Source: Elsinoe ampelina
Lineage: Eukaryota
Direction of reading: 5' to 3'
Assembly (NCBI GenBank): GCA_010093995.1
Contig: ML992507.1
Coordinates: forward strand, 679,576-743,575
DNA: 64,000 nt
Below the pieces are notes generated by a model. It did no database searches. It saw nothing but the letters and a program-made list of their open reading frames with translations, and was not told the origin of the DNA. Both the position numbers and the translations under genes were made by a program. Positions 34,311 through 47,001 of the stretch are shown piece by piece (position 1 is the first letter of the stretch; each line of letters opens with the position of its first letter).

Positions 34311-35272
34311 TATATTACTCGATTGAGTGGATGAAGATGATGTTCAGCGTCGTATCAGCTCTTGTCAAATTGATATGTTACTGATCTGGTCGTGAAAGTG
34401 TGCAGTTCGTCAGATATCTGAAGTGGTGTTAGCGTGTTATGGCACGTCAACATGGCGGCAGAAGCCAACCGATTCGCGTGTCGACTGACCATGAACAAGG
34501 ACAATGCTGTCGTAGTCGATTACTTGATGAGACCGGCTCGTGTTACACTGTTGAACAGATATGCTGAGAAGGAAGAAGAGGTTGTTCGACACGTCGGTTG
34601 CAGGACGCAATAATCTATGCCAAGGGAAGAATTGTAGAGCGACGCGAGAGGCTGCTGTCCGACAAGGTAGAGGATGATTGATTGTTCGGGTCACGAGTTG
34701 ACGTGAGTGACGAGAAGCTGCGTGTGTTGTTTGTTGTCGCTCTGAGCGAGAAGGTGTGAGAGGTGTGTATAGCACAGAAGAAGAGCGTAAGTGGAGTTGG
34801 TTCTTCTGACGCTCGGTCCTTGCTGCAACTCGCGGGCGCGTTTTGCGGCTCTGGGGCTGTTTCCCAAGAGTTGTGAAGTCACAGCTGGTTGCTCTGGTAG
34901 TGCCTTTTTAGTCTGCTTTTGAGCGCGTTGTTCTTCACTCCAGATAGACAACGGTTTGATCAGCCAAATTTCGATAGTAGTGGCAAATTGTGAACTGCGA
35001 TGAGTTGCAATCGAGAACCGAGATTGATGATGCAGATATCTTTCACCCAAATGTTTTGCAAGGCATTTCGTGGTCGAAAATGGACGAGACTAGCCGAAGC
35101 AGATCACTCTGTCCCGGCAACGGCCAGCAGAGCCGCATCCTGAACGCCAGATCACGTGTTCGATCGGAGCTGAAGCTTGGCTCAATTTTCTCCGACCTCA
35201 ATCTTGCATATTCGTTACAGAGCTCCACCGCATGCCCTCCCATCACGACCATTGAGCTGCCACCGACCAGGC

Positions 35273-36467
35273 ATGCTCCCTGTTCGTCTGCCTTTGGGCC
35301 ATGCCTTCAAACGGTTAAAGCCCAGCACCATCTTGCCTCTCCGTACCTACGCTCAAGCGACAACCACCACTACTACCTCTTCCTCCCTCAAGGCCGCATC
35401 CGATGGCCCGACCGCGCCCCAATCTGCGGCCTCGGTCCCGCAACGTAAAGAGGCTATCCAGATGAAGACCTACACCCCAAAGACCCCTGGTCTTCGCCAT
35501 CTCAAACGTCCCATCAACTCACATCTCTGGCGCGGCAAACCCCTTCGAGCCCTCACATTCGTCAAGACAGGCCACGGCAAAGGCGGTCGCAACAGCAGTG
35601 GGCGCATCACAGTACGACACCGCGGTGGGGGTCACCGCCGACGAATACGCACAGTCGACTTCTCGCGCATGGCGCCCGGCCCCCACAAAGTCGAGCGCAT
35701 AGAATACGACCCCAACCGCACAGCCCACCTGGCTCTGCTCAGCAAGGAAGGCACAGGCGACAAGAGCTACATCATCGCGGCAGAAGGCATGCGAGCAGGG
35801 GACGTAGTCGAGTCCTTCCGTCCCGGCATCCCAAAAAGCTTGATGGACACCATGGGCGGGACCATCGATCCGGGAATGCTGGCCGCCAAAACCGCGTTCC
35901 GAGGAAACTGTCTCCCCATCCACATGGTGCCGATCGGGACACAAGTCTTCAACGTCGGCAGCCAAGGTAAGAAAGGCGCCGTATTCTGCCGGTCGGCAGG
36001 GACATTCGCGTTGGTCGTCGCGAAGGAACAAGCAGGGAAAAAAGTCCGCAGCGTGACTGTCCGGTTACAAAGCGGAGAAGTACGAATCGTAGCGCCGGAC
36101 GCATGCGCCACGATCGGGGTGGCGAGTAATCCCTTCTACCACTTCGGACAACTAGGCAAGGCAGGGAGGAGCAGGTGGTTGAACATCAGACCAACAGTGA
36201 GAGGTCTGGCGATGAACGCATGTGAGTATTCTCCCCCTTACACACTGCCCTCTCCTGCACCATCCCTACGAATCCAACTGACATCCCCCAGCCGACCACC
36301 CCCACGGCGGAGGGCGAGGTAAATCAAAAGGCAACGTGCACCCCCGCTCCATCTGGGGCACACCCGCCAAATCAGGGTACAAGACGCGCAAGAAGCGCAA
36401 CCCGAACAAGTTCGTCGTCAAAGAACGCGTACGCAACCAGGGCAAGAGAAGGTCAAAGGGCAAATAG
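35273..36467 (+). CDS. RML2: Mitochondrial ribosomal protein uL2m; exons 35273-36221, 36292-36467
   Basis: [22 protein letters not shown] and [19 protein letters not shown] motifs; N-terminal presequence. Confidence 0.96.
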
Positions 36468-36725
36468 ACAGCACGCACACGACCAAGAATACTGTACTAT
36501 ATATATCTTCATAAATTCGTGCTGCATAGTGGCATGGCATAGCATCGCGCTCGTGCTTGTCCTTGTTCTTGAATGACAAATCCTGAATGGCCCCAAGGGG
36601 GGGGCGCGCCGTGGCGGCCCTAGCTGGAAAGAATATACCCGTTTCGCGCCGCGCTAAATGTGGTCAAGAAAAAAAGTATGGTCAATTGGTGCCCAGAATG
36701 ATGTGTTCGTGCTCGGCAGTCCCTC

Positions 36726-38547
36726 CTAGAGAACCCGTTCTTCGGCAGGGAAGCAAATGTCGTCGCCTTCTGGTGGCTCCGCGGGGCGCCATTTGAAGAG
36801 GCCCTTCCTGCCCAGACTGGCCATGGAACGGACTACGCCTGTGGTGCCGGCCATTTCTTCGTCGGCGAGGAACTTCCATGCTACGTTGAATTTGTTCAAC
36901 GGCTCTTCTGGGTCTGCGCTTTTGCTCGTCGGGGGCAGGTCGGTTTCGAGCCTTTTCAAGCGGCCGCCGATGTGGCGGGCTACGGCTATGCTGTACAGGA
37001 CGTCTCGGTTCTCGAGAACGGAGAGGATTTGTCTCATGGCGTTCATGGACTCTGTGAGGTTCCGGTGTGTGTGGCTGCGGAGGTTGAACCACTGACTTGT
37101 GTCGTCTTGGGCGGTGAAGAGGCCGAGGTGGTGCCAGAAGGAGTTTGAGACGAAGTCGGGAGGTGGAACGTTGTCACGACCAGGGTTTGGGGGTGCCAGT
37201 GGTGCTGGTGGAACCAGATTGATGGGTAGTATCGCCCCAGTAATGAGGTGTTCCACCACGTCTAGTCGATGGAGCAGGTCTGCAAGCTTGCCATCAGCTG
37301 ATTGGTGGATTTCCCAGGCGACTCTTGGAAGTGTTGCGAACAGCCAGATTAGCCTCGTTTCGTAAGCTGGCAAAAGACCCGCAGACGGGTGTGGTGGAGG
37401 TGGACGTGTTCGTAGTGCCCGTGAAGCATGTAGGAAGAACTGAACGTCGTGAGGGTGGGTAAAGAGGAATCGATCTCCAACGTCGGTGTACCAAGTAGTC
37501 TCGAAAAACACGTTCAATGCCGGAGCGTGCTGGTGCAGGTACAAGCTCTTGACCTCGTTGATGTCGGCTTCGGGTAATTGTGTTGGTGACATTGGCTGGA
37601 ACTGAGGTAATCCTTTTATCGATGACAGTGTGTCCATCCGGACATCCTGCCGCCGTCGCTGGATTCGTAAATCAGATGTGTATGGGTCGCTTCTCACTGG
37701 TGGCGGGGTAAGTGAAGGCACGTTGGCCACACCTGGCGTGGTTTTGAGTGCAGGGTCTAAGGAAGGGTCATGCGGTGACTCGGGTGGAAGCACGGTGGCA
37801 GATGGTGGATCTCCGGTCGAAGCTGTCCCTACCGGGGGTTGTGCATGTGCTGGCGGCGGTGGTGGTAGACCTTGGTAGCCTGGTGGAGGGAGCTGTGCGC
37901 TTGGTGGCGCGACTGGATATGCAGGAGGAGCTGCTTGGATGTGTACACCCTCTCGTGGGACCGGCGGAGTTAGACCTGATGACTTGAAGATAGGATCGTA
38001 CCCCAGACACTCCCGTTTGCTCTTTGAGCAATTCCGACACGCAGGGTGACCTTCATCGCACTATCTCAATCAGTAGTGCCTCTTGACCTGAGTAGTGTGT
38101 TCTCACCTTTATCCTCCGCTTTCTGCATGTGAGGCATCCCGTTTTGGTTCGTCTCTTGATCTCTCTTTTGGTCGGTCTGGTGTCTGTCCCGTTCTGTGGA
38201 GGAATTGGGTACAAGACTCGGTGGTGACCATTCGAGGTCCCATTCACGCCATTGGTACCATTCGGGATGTACTGCGATGCCGGAGGTGGAGGAGGATGTC
38301 CGTTGGCATACATCGGTGGCTGATGCTGATGTTGTGGAGGCGGGTTTGGTCCGCCATTCACACCAGGATGCGAAGGCGTTGTGTGTGCCTGTAATGGTGG
38401 CAGAGTCGGTGCGCGAGGTTGCGGCGGAGGCGAGGCAGGTTGTGGTGGTTGTGGTGGTTGAGATGGCTGCTGTGAGTGTCCGTTGGTCGCTGGCGGTGGT
38501 TGAGCCTCCAATTGCTGCACAGAAGGAAGCTTTGGAGGCTGCGCCAT
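36726..38547 (-). CDS. Zn2Cys6 transcription factor; exons 38547-38107, 38060-36726
   Basis: KRRTKTGCLTCRKRRIK|CDEGHPACRNCSKSKRECLGYDP across intron 38106-38061; Pro/Gln-rich N-terminus. Confidence 0.92.
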
Positions 38548-39836
38548 GGTGAATGAATAAGAAAGCGGCCTCCCCTGCCCTCCACCAATAATCCGAATGT
38601 AGCTTGAGAGTCACGCGTCTGGTATCGAGGATGGGTAAATGTCCCGGAAGCTCAGACTCTCAAAAGCAGCGGGCCGTGACAAGCGAGGCCCAGAAGACCA
38701 CAAAAATGTCAGGGTTCTTTCGGTTCAGAGGGAGGGTTTGCGACTACAAGCCCTAGCGTGTCATCGGGTGGTTGCAAGGCCGAGCTGTCAAAGAGCAATG
38801 ATTGTTCGCTCAATTAAGCGAAGTTGGGTGGACGGGTGGAGTTGAATGTTGTATATCAGAATCGATAGACGAGAACGGATAGATCACGTCTTTGAGGTAG
38901 ATTATTGTTGGTACGGTAGTATTTCAAATAGCGTCTTTCAACATTGCCTGCATTCTCCTCTTTGGCAAGCTGTTTTGGAGTGGAGATTACCTCTAGCCAA
39001 TCAGCGCGAGCGGGTTTGACATCCCCGCCCAAGCGCGTCTATCTTCTCCTTCATCTCCGCATCCGCTTCTAGACCCGCGCATGGGCTCGTGTACTTCACA
39101 TATAACTCCTACCAGCTCGGCCATGGTACGTTTCCTAGTAGGACTTTCGGTCGGCACGACTGTGGATGATTGACAGCGCGTCCTTTTGTGTACGGTACCA
39201 TTACTGCCTCTCCTTCTGGTAGTGTGGACAGAAAGGTGCTACAGCCACGCGCTCTCTCGACAGGCTGCGCGATCCCGTAGCACTGATTCTGGTAGTACAC
39301 TCTGTGAAGGAAGGCAGCGACTGACAGCATGGCGCTCTGTCTGCAGCTACCTATGCGTCCGGTAGTTTTGACAGGGATTTCCTCCCAGCTTGTCAACCTC
39401 AATATAGAACGCGGTGTCACGGCGTTGATTCTGGTTGGACTTTAGGTAGCGACTGGGGCAGCGACAGACAGCATGGATATCATTTGGTGATCACTATCAT
39501 TCACCTCCTGAGAAGTCGTACGAGGTAGCTGTGACTGGCGCCACGCTTGACACGCTTGGCCCCACAACCCGATTCTCTTCTTCAAAGCCTCCATCTTCGT
39601 CTTCAGCTCTTGGCTCTCCTGGCCATCTTGGGAGATGTCTCTAGACTGTGGTAGGTATGGGAAAAGAGTATGAAGGTGTCGTAAGTTGCGATAGTGCAGA
39701 AGCAAGGTCCGAATGTAGACCCTTATGCACCTTCCACCTTGGCACTATCACATGTTTGCAGCATTCACATGCACAATCTTTCACATTCTACAACAATCTA
39801 TACTCAGTCTACCTTCACTCCCATCTCACATCGCCT

Positions 39837-41090
39837 TTACACCAAATCCTTATGCTCCGGCACCGGACTCCTCAACTTCCCCGTCTCAATCGCAGACCTC
39901 ACATTACTCAGACACCACTCCTCCATCTTGATCTGCGTCTCCACACTCCAAGTGCCCATGTGCGGCAACAACAGCACATTGGGGTTGGCGATGAGTCCAG
40001 GATGAATCTTCGGCTCCTCCTCATACACATCTAGCCCAACAGAGTAGACGTGCCCCGAGTCCAAAGCCTTGACAAGCGCATCCTCATCCATAACCGCCCC
40101 TCTCGCAGTATTGATAATCGTCACGCCCTTCTTCATCTTCTTGAACTCCTCCGTGGAGATGATATGATGTGTGTTTTTCTGCGCCAGTCAGCAATCTCAC
40201 CCGCTTTCCTTCATCCTCATTCCCTTCTTTGCCCCATCATAGAAGGATTAAGCACTCACATTCAACGGCAAATTCAAACTCAAAACATCACTCCTCGCCA
40301 GCAGCTCATCAAAAGAGACATACTCGGCGCCTCCATCCAACCCCGCCTCCAACCTCTTCCGATTATGATAAATCGTCGTCATACCAAACAAATCCATCTT
40401 CGCCTTCAAGTTCCTGCCTATCCCTCCCATGCCCAGAATCCCCAAGACTTTCCCCTGAGGATCATGCCCCAGAGGCGGAGGCGGACTGCCGCGCCACTTC
40501 CCCTCTCGCGCCGCGATGAGGGACGTGTTGAAGTTGCGCAGCGCCCCGATGATGAGGAACACGGCTGTGTCGGCCGTGCTGTCGTCTACGGCGGTGGGGA
40601 CGTTGGAGACGAGGACGGGGGGGGAGCGCGCGGCGCAGGCGGAGACGTCGATTTGGTCGTAGCCTGCTCCTTTTCGGGGGTCAGTGTCATGTCCACAGAG
40701 CCATGTGTACTAGGACGGTGCGGTGGCGAGACTTGTGGATCATGATGGGAGGGGGGGAGGGGGTTGGCGAAGTGAGATTGACGTACCGTTGTGCGCGAGG
40801 AAGCGGAGTGACTTGGGGAGCACGTCGAGCAGCTCGGCGTCGATGAGGCCGGTGAAGGAGTAGCTGGCGAAGGTGCGGAAGGCGGCGACTGCGCCGTCAA
40901 AGGCACCGGATTTGCATTCTTCGATGAATTCGGAGCGGGTGGTGGCTTTGGGGGTGATGAGCTCGGCGATGGAGGCGAGGTCGGATTTGGCTTGGTGGGC
41001 CCTGTGGTGATCAGTGGTGGTTCATGATGATATCGGAAGATTGGTATACTGATCAATATTGCCTATGAGGAGGACCTTGGGTTTGGACAT
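39837..41090 (-). CDS. D-2-hydroxyacid dehydrogenase (glyoxylate reductase-like), multi-exon
   Basis: MSKPKVLLIG start, GILGMGGIG, INTARG, GLDVYEEEP and PHMGT motifs. Introns near 41049-41002, 40786-40664 and 40259-40179. Confidence 0.92.
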
Positions 41091-41576
41091 ATTTGTGTTG
41101 AGGGTCAAGAGGTGGAGTTCGTGGTGTGGGTGGATATCGGCTTTTGAGCACCAAAGACGGACGGTAGCAATGAAGGGGGGGCAATTGCAATATTTTTGCC
41201 CAAAGAATGGACGATATTTTGACAGAGACCTGACAAAGGTAGTACAGATGAAGAAAACTATCAAGCGCCTTCACAACATGTCCATCACTCCGCCAATGGT
41301 AGTGATGCTATATCGGGTATTGACGGGCGTAGACTTGGTTCGGGAAAACTCCGTCCGAAGGGCGTCTTCATCCTTCAGACCGACATCGCAGGAGGATGGC
41401 TTGAGGAACATTAAAAGTATTCAGGTGATAGACGTACAAGTCATCCATTACTATCAGAAATTATCCGTGCTCTGTTATGAAGCACCATTCGCAATAGCTT
41501 GCTGCTCCTTTCGCTCTATCGTACACTTTTACTCTCCCCACTGCAAATGCCGAATATCCCATGCGATGCTGTACAT

Positions 41577-43444
41577 CTATTTCCTACCTTTGATGCTGCC
41601 CTCTCTGCTTGCAGTCCTACTCGCGCGAGTTTGGAAGCTCTCCCTCGTGGCAACACGGTCGATATCGTACGGATTGCCCTCGTAGCTCTTCGTCTTGACC
41701 AATTTGGCGCCATCTGGCTGTCTAGCTTCGTTACCGGTCCTGATGTCCTCGAATCGGGGCTCAAGCGCTTCTTCGTCGTCGTAGCTCATATCTCGAGCTT
41801 CTTGCTCCTTTTCGTCAATGTCCTCGCTCGAGTCACCCTGGTCCTTTTGCTGCTGGAGTCTCTTCATGAACTCCATAGCTTGAGCAGCGTAGGTGCACTT
41901 CTCGCGGATGCTCGCGCCGTACTTGTAGAAGAGGAAAGGGAATGGTACACAGGCGAGGGCGAGGAATGCTGGGATCGATGCTGCCCAGTGAATGCCGAGA
42001 GCGCTGTACATCTGTGTGGTGAAAAGTGGGAAGGCGGCACCGAACAATGATCGCAAGACCGAGTTAGCGGCGAGGACTGATGCCGCGAAGATGACATAGG
42101 AGTCGATGAGGTAGTTCATGATTGATAGGAAGACGAGTACCATGCCGAAACCGAATGGCACGCCGGCAGAGATAGACGCCATGTAGTGCACTGATGGCGA
42201 ATTTGTCCAGGCAAACCAGAACAGTCCTATCACAACGGAGATGGCTCCAATCATGGTCGGTGGTAACCTCGCCTCTGGGGGTGCGAAACCGTTGTGCGCG
42301 TGATTGATCCTGACGTAGCGCTTGTTGTCCCAGATCGAATAGGCCACAGCGAAGACCATACCGACAGCCACACCGAGGAACGCGAGACCGCCAATGCCCT
42401 GTGACCAACCTCGTTGCTGTTGGTATACAATAGGGAAGGCACTGAAGAGCATGTACAGTACGCCGTAGATGATGGCCATGTAAATGGTGAGAAGCAGGAC
42501 GATAGGCTCCTTGAACAGCAAAATCCAAGGCCGACTGAGAGCGGTGCCGAAGACGTGACCAAGAGAGACCGGTCCTTGCTGAGCGTCGCTCTCCGACTTG
42601 TAGATCTGTCCAGTCTTCCTCGACAGAGCTGCAGCGCGCTTGCGTAGCAATACTGGCGGGTAGGTCTCTGGGACTGTCATGCCGCCGACCAGCCAGAGGA
42701 CTCCAGTGAAGATGGCCATTACGCCTTGAACCCAGCGCCAGCCGACTGTCTGACCCACGAATCCTCCAACAATGGGTCCGATGACTGGACCCATGAAGGG
42801 GGCGGCGGCGAACAGTGACATTGCTACACCCCTCTCATTAGCCGAGAACATGTCGGCAAGAACACCTCCAGCGTTGGTCAAGGGACTCGATCCGATGGCT
42901 CCAGCAAAGAATCTCTGGATAAGGAGTGATTCGATGTTTTGACTACCAGCTGCGCCGGCATTGAACGCGGTAAGGCCAGCATAAGTGGTGAAGAACAGCA
43001 CTTGACGGCCGAACATCTCTGATAGAGGTGCCCATAATAGTGGGCCGATAGCGAATCCGAGTACGAACAGTGAAACTCCAAGGACGCTCACCTCCTGTGA
43101 AATTTCGAATTGCTGGATGATTTGTCTAGCACCTCCAGAATAAGCCGACGAGACGAAGGCGACGGCGAGGGTGGCTACCGCGACGATGGCTGTGATGGTC
43201 CATTTCCGTGCCCCTGACCAATTTTGTGGGTTCCGGGGGTCGTCCGGTATCCAGGACACGATCTGATGTTTGATCAGTAAACTATCAAGGCAACATCATT
43301 GTTGAAACCTACGAATGGGTCATCTTCTGTGCCAGCTCCTTTGTAATGATGTGACTCAATCTCCGGAGTGAGTACACCCTGATCGAGTATGAGTTTGATA
43401 TGTGGTATCTTTGTCTTGCATTGTGATTCGAGATCTTTCTCCAT
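41577..43444 (-). CDS. MFS drug:H+ antiporter (DHA1); exons 43444-43313, 43262-41577
   Basis: 12-TM pattern with WAPLSEMFGR, GWRW, PETYPP, PEARL and NYLIDSY. Confidence 0.93.
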
Positions 43445-44672
43445 TGTTGTGGTATTTGATAACCGAGGTTATCGGTTTGTGTATAGCTTGACTTTTACGT
43501 CACCAGTTGTCTGCACTGATAGTACCTGGCAGGTTTAGGAGAGAAGCACGACAAGTTTCCGTCGGAGATCCACAAATGATGGGAGGAAGAGAAAGTAGGT
43601 GACCGAGAATATGTATTGTTGACGACACTGGAAGAGAGCAGGGGTTGGGAATAGCGGGACTATAAAAACTGATGGCATGACAGCATCGACCAAATAGCGT
43701 TTTGCAAATCTGTGGTGACCGGCACGCGAGCAACCGAGTGCGATGCGGCGGATGAGGGTTGAAAGCTCCGATGCAGGGATTTTTGCACACGGCCGATGTA
43801 TCCAAGCAGCTGTGATAAAGCTTGATGGAAACTAGATGGCGTTCATCGGTGCACCACAGATGCACAATTTCACAAAACTTTGAAAATTAGAGGGATCTGC
43901 GTCATCATCCAGGGCGATCTTGCGGGTGCATGTCTTAAGTCCGCTCGCCGTTACGGTCCCAAACTCCAGCCATCGGGATGTCGGAGTCTGCATACCGACC
44001 TTGACGAACCCTGCAACTGCCGGCCAAGAGCTTTACCACTGACTGTCATTGATGTTTTAGAAGCCTGGTATGCAAGCTCCAAGGTCAGTATGTGTCTGGC
44101 GGACAGATGTCGAAAAGTGCTGAAGTCTGCGTTGGCAATAAAGCAGCCACGAGCATCAAGTGTTCACGATTTTGGTGGGTCCTTTTTCTCGGTGGCACCG
44201 TGGACCGTTTGCTCGGGAGCACTTGCACCTGCAGCAGATTGCGCTACAAAAAGCCACGGTCACTCCCGGTCGATCATTGTTCATCAACCAATTTTTTTTT
44301 TATCTTCCAGATGAAGTGGGATAAATTCATGTTGAGGGAGCAACTTCGCTAAATTAGATCATCACCACAAACATGGCCGTTCCTTGTAGACCGCCACGTG
44401 TCCGTAACGTGGAACGCCCACCGTTTCTCACCCGCAGCCCTACCGCCGCCTGTCAGAAAGCCATGTCTCAAAGCAGGACTTGCCGTGATATTGTGGGCTT
44501 GTGACATCCAATCTTATTATTCGGGCTTATCCGGCTGCTGTAGGTTTCCTCACGCTTGCGTCTTGTTCTCGCCATGCACACCCTCATGCCTTACGTGAAC
44601 AACGATCTGGTCCTACCAGCTGCTGACTGTTGATCTCTTTCTCTCTGTCACTGTACTTTGCTGTCGCTGTCA

Positions 44673-46031
44673 ATGGCGTCTGGTCTGCCATGCGAGCTCG
44701 TTCTGCTCATTCTATCAGCTGCAGATCCTTTCACCTACCGGTCTCTGAGTCAGTCATGCACACAATGGTCATATCTTGCACGAGATCCGACGGTGCTCCA
44801 ACCACATCTGGCAAAACTGCCTCTGTGTCCTGCCAATGTTAGGAGACCTGGTGGTGGAATGGTAGGAGAAGACCCTGCGAACCTTGTCGACACATGGCAC
44901 AAGGCGTCTGCAGCTCTTATGCTCAATGCACGTTTACGATCTCACTCGGACACGACAGCAGACTCGCCTTGCGGACGAGAGACCAAGATCGCTTACAGTC
45001 CAGATCTCGAGCGTCATGTAACGCTCAATGCTCGGATGCTGACACTTTATCAAAGCCATCAAGGAGCTGGAGGACAAGGTGCAGTCCTTGGCCAAGCTCT
45101 TCTGAACGACGTCCGTTCTAAATCCCCTCACGGGCCGATCTTACGCAACGCTCCAAGCTGTGTATTCGAGATTGCTCTCGCAAGACATTCCAATCTCGTC
45201 GCTGTGGCCCTAGACAGGATAGTCCAAGTGTACGACCTTGATCAGCCCGACGCGGTCCCTGCAGCATCCTATCTCTCGTCAGCAGCAGGCCACTTCATTA
45301 CCGGGATAAGTTTCGAGCAAGACGACGACATGCTTCGGATCGTTCTGAGCAACAAAGGCGTGGTAGTTTACATCGGAAGTACTACCAGAGGCCACGATGG
45401 ACCTTTGCGCCGGTCACTCGACTACTGGAAGTCGCCTGCTGGCCTCGGAACCACCTACCTGAACTCTACAAAGTTGATCCTACCAGATCGCAATCCTTGC
45501 CGTCTGTCCAACCTCTACATGCTTCGCACCACCTCGATGGACGACATTCTGGTAGTCCAAATGCACTCCGCGGCCGGTCCAGAAGGATATGTCATCTTCA
45601 GATCGCCGCTTCTGCGGTCTGATGAGCCCGACCGGGTCCGGATCGTCCATGTCGTGTGTTACCTCCCGGCCTATCATCAATATCAGGATAGATCTCATAC
45701 CTTATGGTCTATCAGTCCGCAAGCGAAAGAGCACTCTCGCCCTCGCTATGCTCTTAGTCCTGACGGACAGTTTTTGGCCATTGTGGAGGAAGGGCACAGC
45801 CACTTGACGCCAGCCAAGGCCGAGAATCGATTATTTCTTTGGAGAATACCCGTTTTGGAGACTGATAAGGAAGATGGCAAGGATATCGTTGCACGCTTGC
45901 CGTTATTCCTGGGTGAGATGAAAGGGACAGTGCTGAGGCTCGGATTCGCGAAAGCACCTGGGCTGATCGTGGAAGTGGAAACGAGCGCAGCAAAGAATAT
46001 GTTCAAGTTGGACGGCTTGCACATTCGGTGA
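44673..46031 (+). CDS. F-box protein with probable beta-propeller-like C-terminus
   Basis: N-terminal LPCELVLLIL...LSQSCTQW; single ORF of about 452 aa. Confidence 0.75.
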   Translation: MASGLPCELVLLILSAADPFTYRSLSQSCTQWSYLARDPTVLQPHLAKLPLCPANVRRPGGGMVGEDPANLVDTWHKASAALMLNARLRSHSDTTADSPCGRETKIAYSPDLERHVTLNARMLTLYQSHQGAGGQGAVLGQALLNDVRSKSPHGPILRNAPSCVFEIALARHSNLVAVALDRIVQVYDLDQPDAVPAASYLSSAAGHFITGISFEQDDDMLRIVLSNKGVVVYIGSTTRGHDGPLRRSLDYWKSPAGLGTTYLNSTKLILPDRNPCRLSNLYMLRTTSMDDILVVQMHSAAGPEGYVIFRSPLLRSDEPDRVRIVHVVCYLPAYHQYQDRSHTLWSISPQAKEHSRPRYALSPDGQFLAIVEEGHSHLTPAKAENRLFLWRIPVLETDKEDGKDIVARLPLFLGEMKGTVLRLGFAKAPGLIVEVETSAAKNMFKLDGLHIR

Positions 46032-47001
46032 GAGTCATCGACCTCGCCACCCTAGCAGCTGGTTCTTTCATTGTCTTGTGGATCTGGGAGGATTTCGCGC
46101 GTCACGTCCGGCGTGCTTGGTTGATTGGATTGTATAGATGAGATACCCCTTACTGTGACGAATGCATTATTACATGCCACGTTACCACAGTGACATTGCT
46201 GCGCAACCACAATGGTGTTCATGTGTGGTCTGAGGCTGCAAGAATTGCTCTCCGTCATACGGCCGAGACGGACTTGATTGAGCTAGATAGGGCCACCACA
46301 GCGGGACCTGAGTATTAGCCGCAGTTGCGAGATCCTGCCGGGGTCCGTTGGGTGACATGACTCCAGCTGGCAGTACCGCTTGTGGATTCCTCGAGTATGA
46401 AAGTAATGGAGTCAAGAGACACAGAAGATGATTGAATTCATAGTTATACAAAGCGAACACAGCATCTATGGTCCCGATCTGGTGGAGCTCACGGAATCGT
46501 CGGGAGTCGGCGAAATCGGGACCGTTTTTGCGAGCTTTGATCGTCGCTTTAGCGCGACCAGAATGTGGATGCCTGAGAGCAGCTGGTTGAACCTGGTTGG
46601 GCGGAAAAGTTAGGGTCACCGGTACCAACCAGATCAGCTAACCTCCCACGTCCAAGACCAGGGTTGTTGCAGACGCTCACAGAAGCTCATCGTCTGCTCC
46701 TGCCAGCAGGCCGCAATCGACTCGTCACCACCCTCATCACCAGAATCATCCTTTGGACAATAGCAACATCCCAAGACCCTCTCACTGTTCCACAGCGATT
46801 GCTCTCCCTTTCCATTATCCACCCAAGTCGCGAACCTCGCAACGTCTCCCCGCACTGTTGCTGACTTGCCCTCCTTTGCGCTGGTTTGTCAGCATCCACC
46901 ACCGCGCGTCCCTGGATTGCGATTTGGAGTGATCATGCATACCTGAGGCGTAAACAACCTATCCGAACAATTGCACTTCCCCATCAGCAGTACCAGGCGT
47001 C

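Noticed and set aside
34437..34930. ACGCG (MCB-like) words upstream of cyclin B
   Set aside because: Short motifs expected by chance; unsupported without conservation data.
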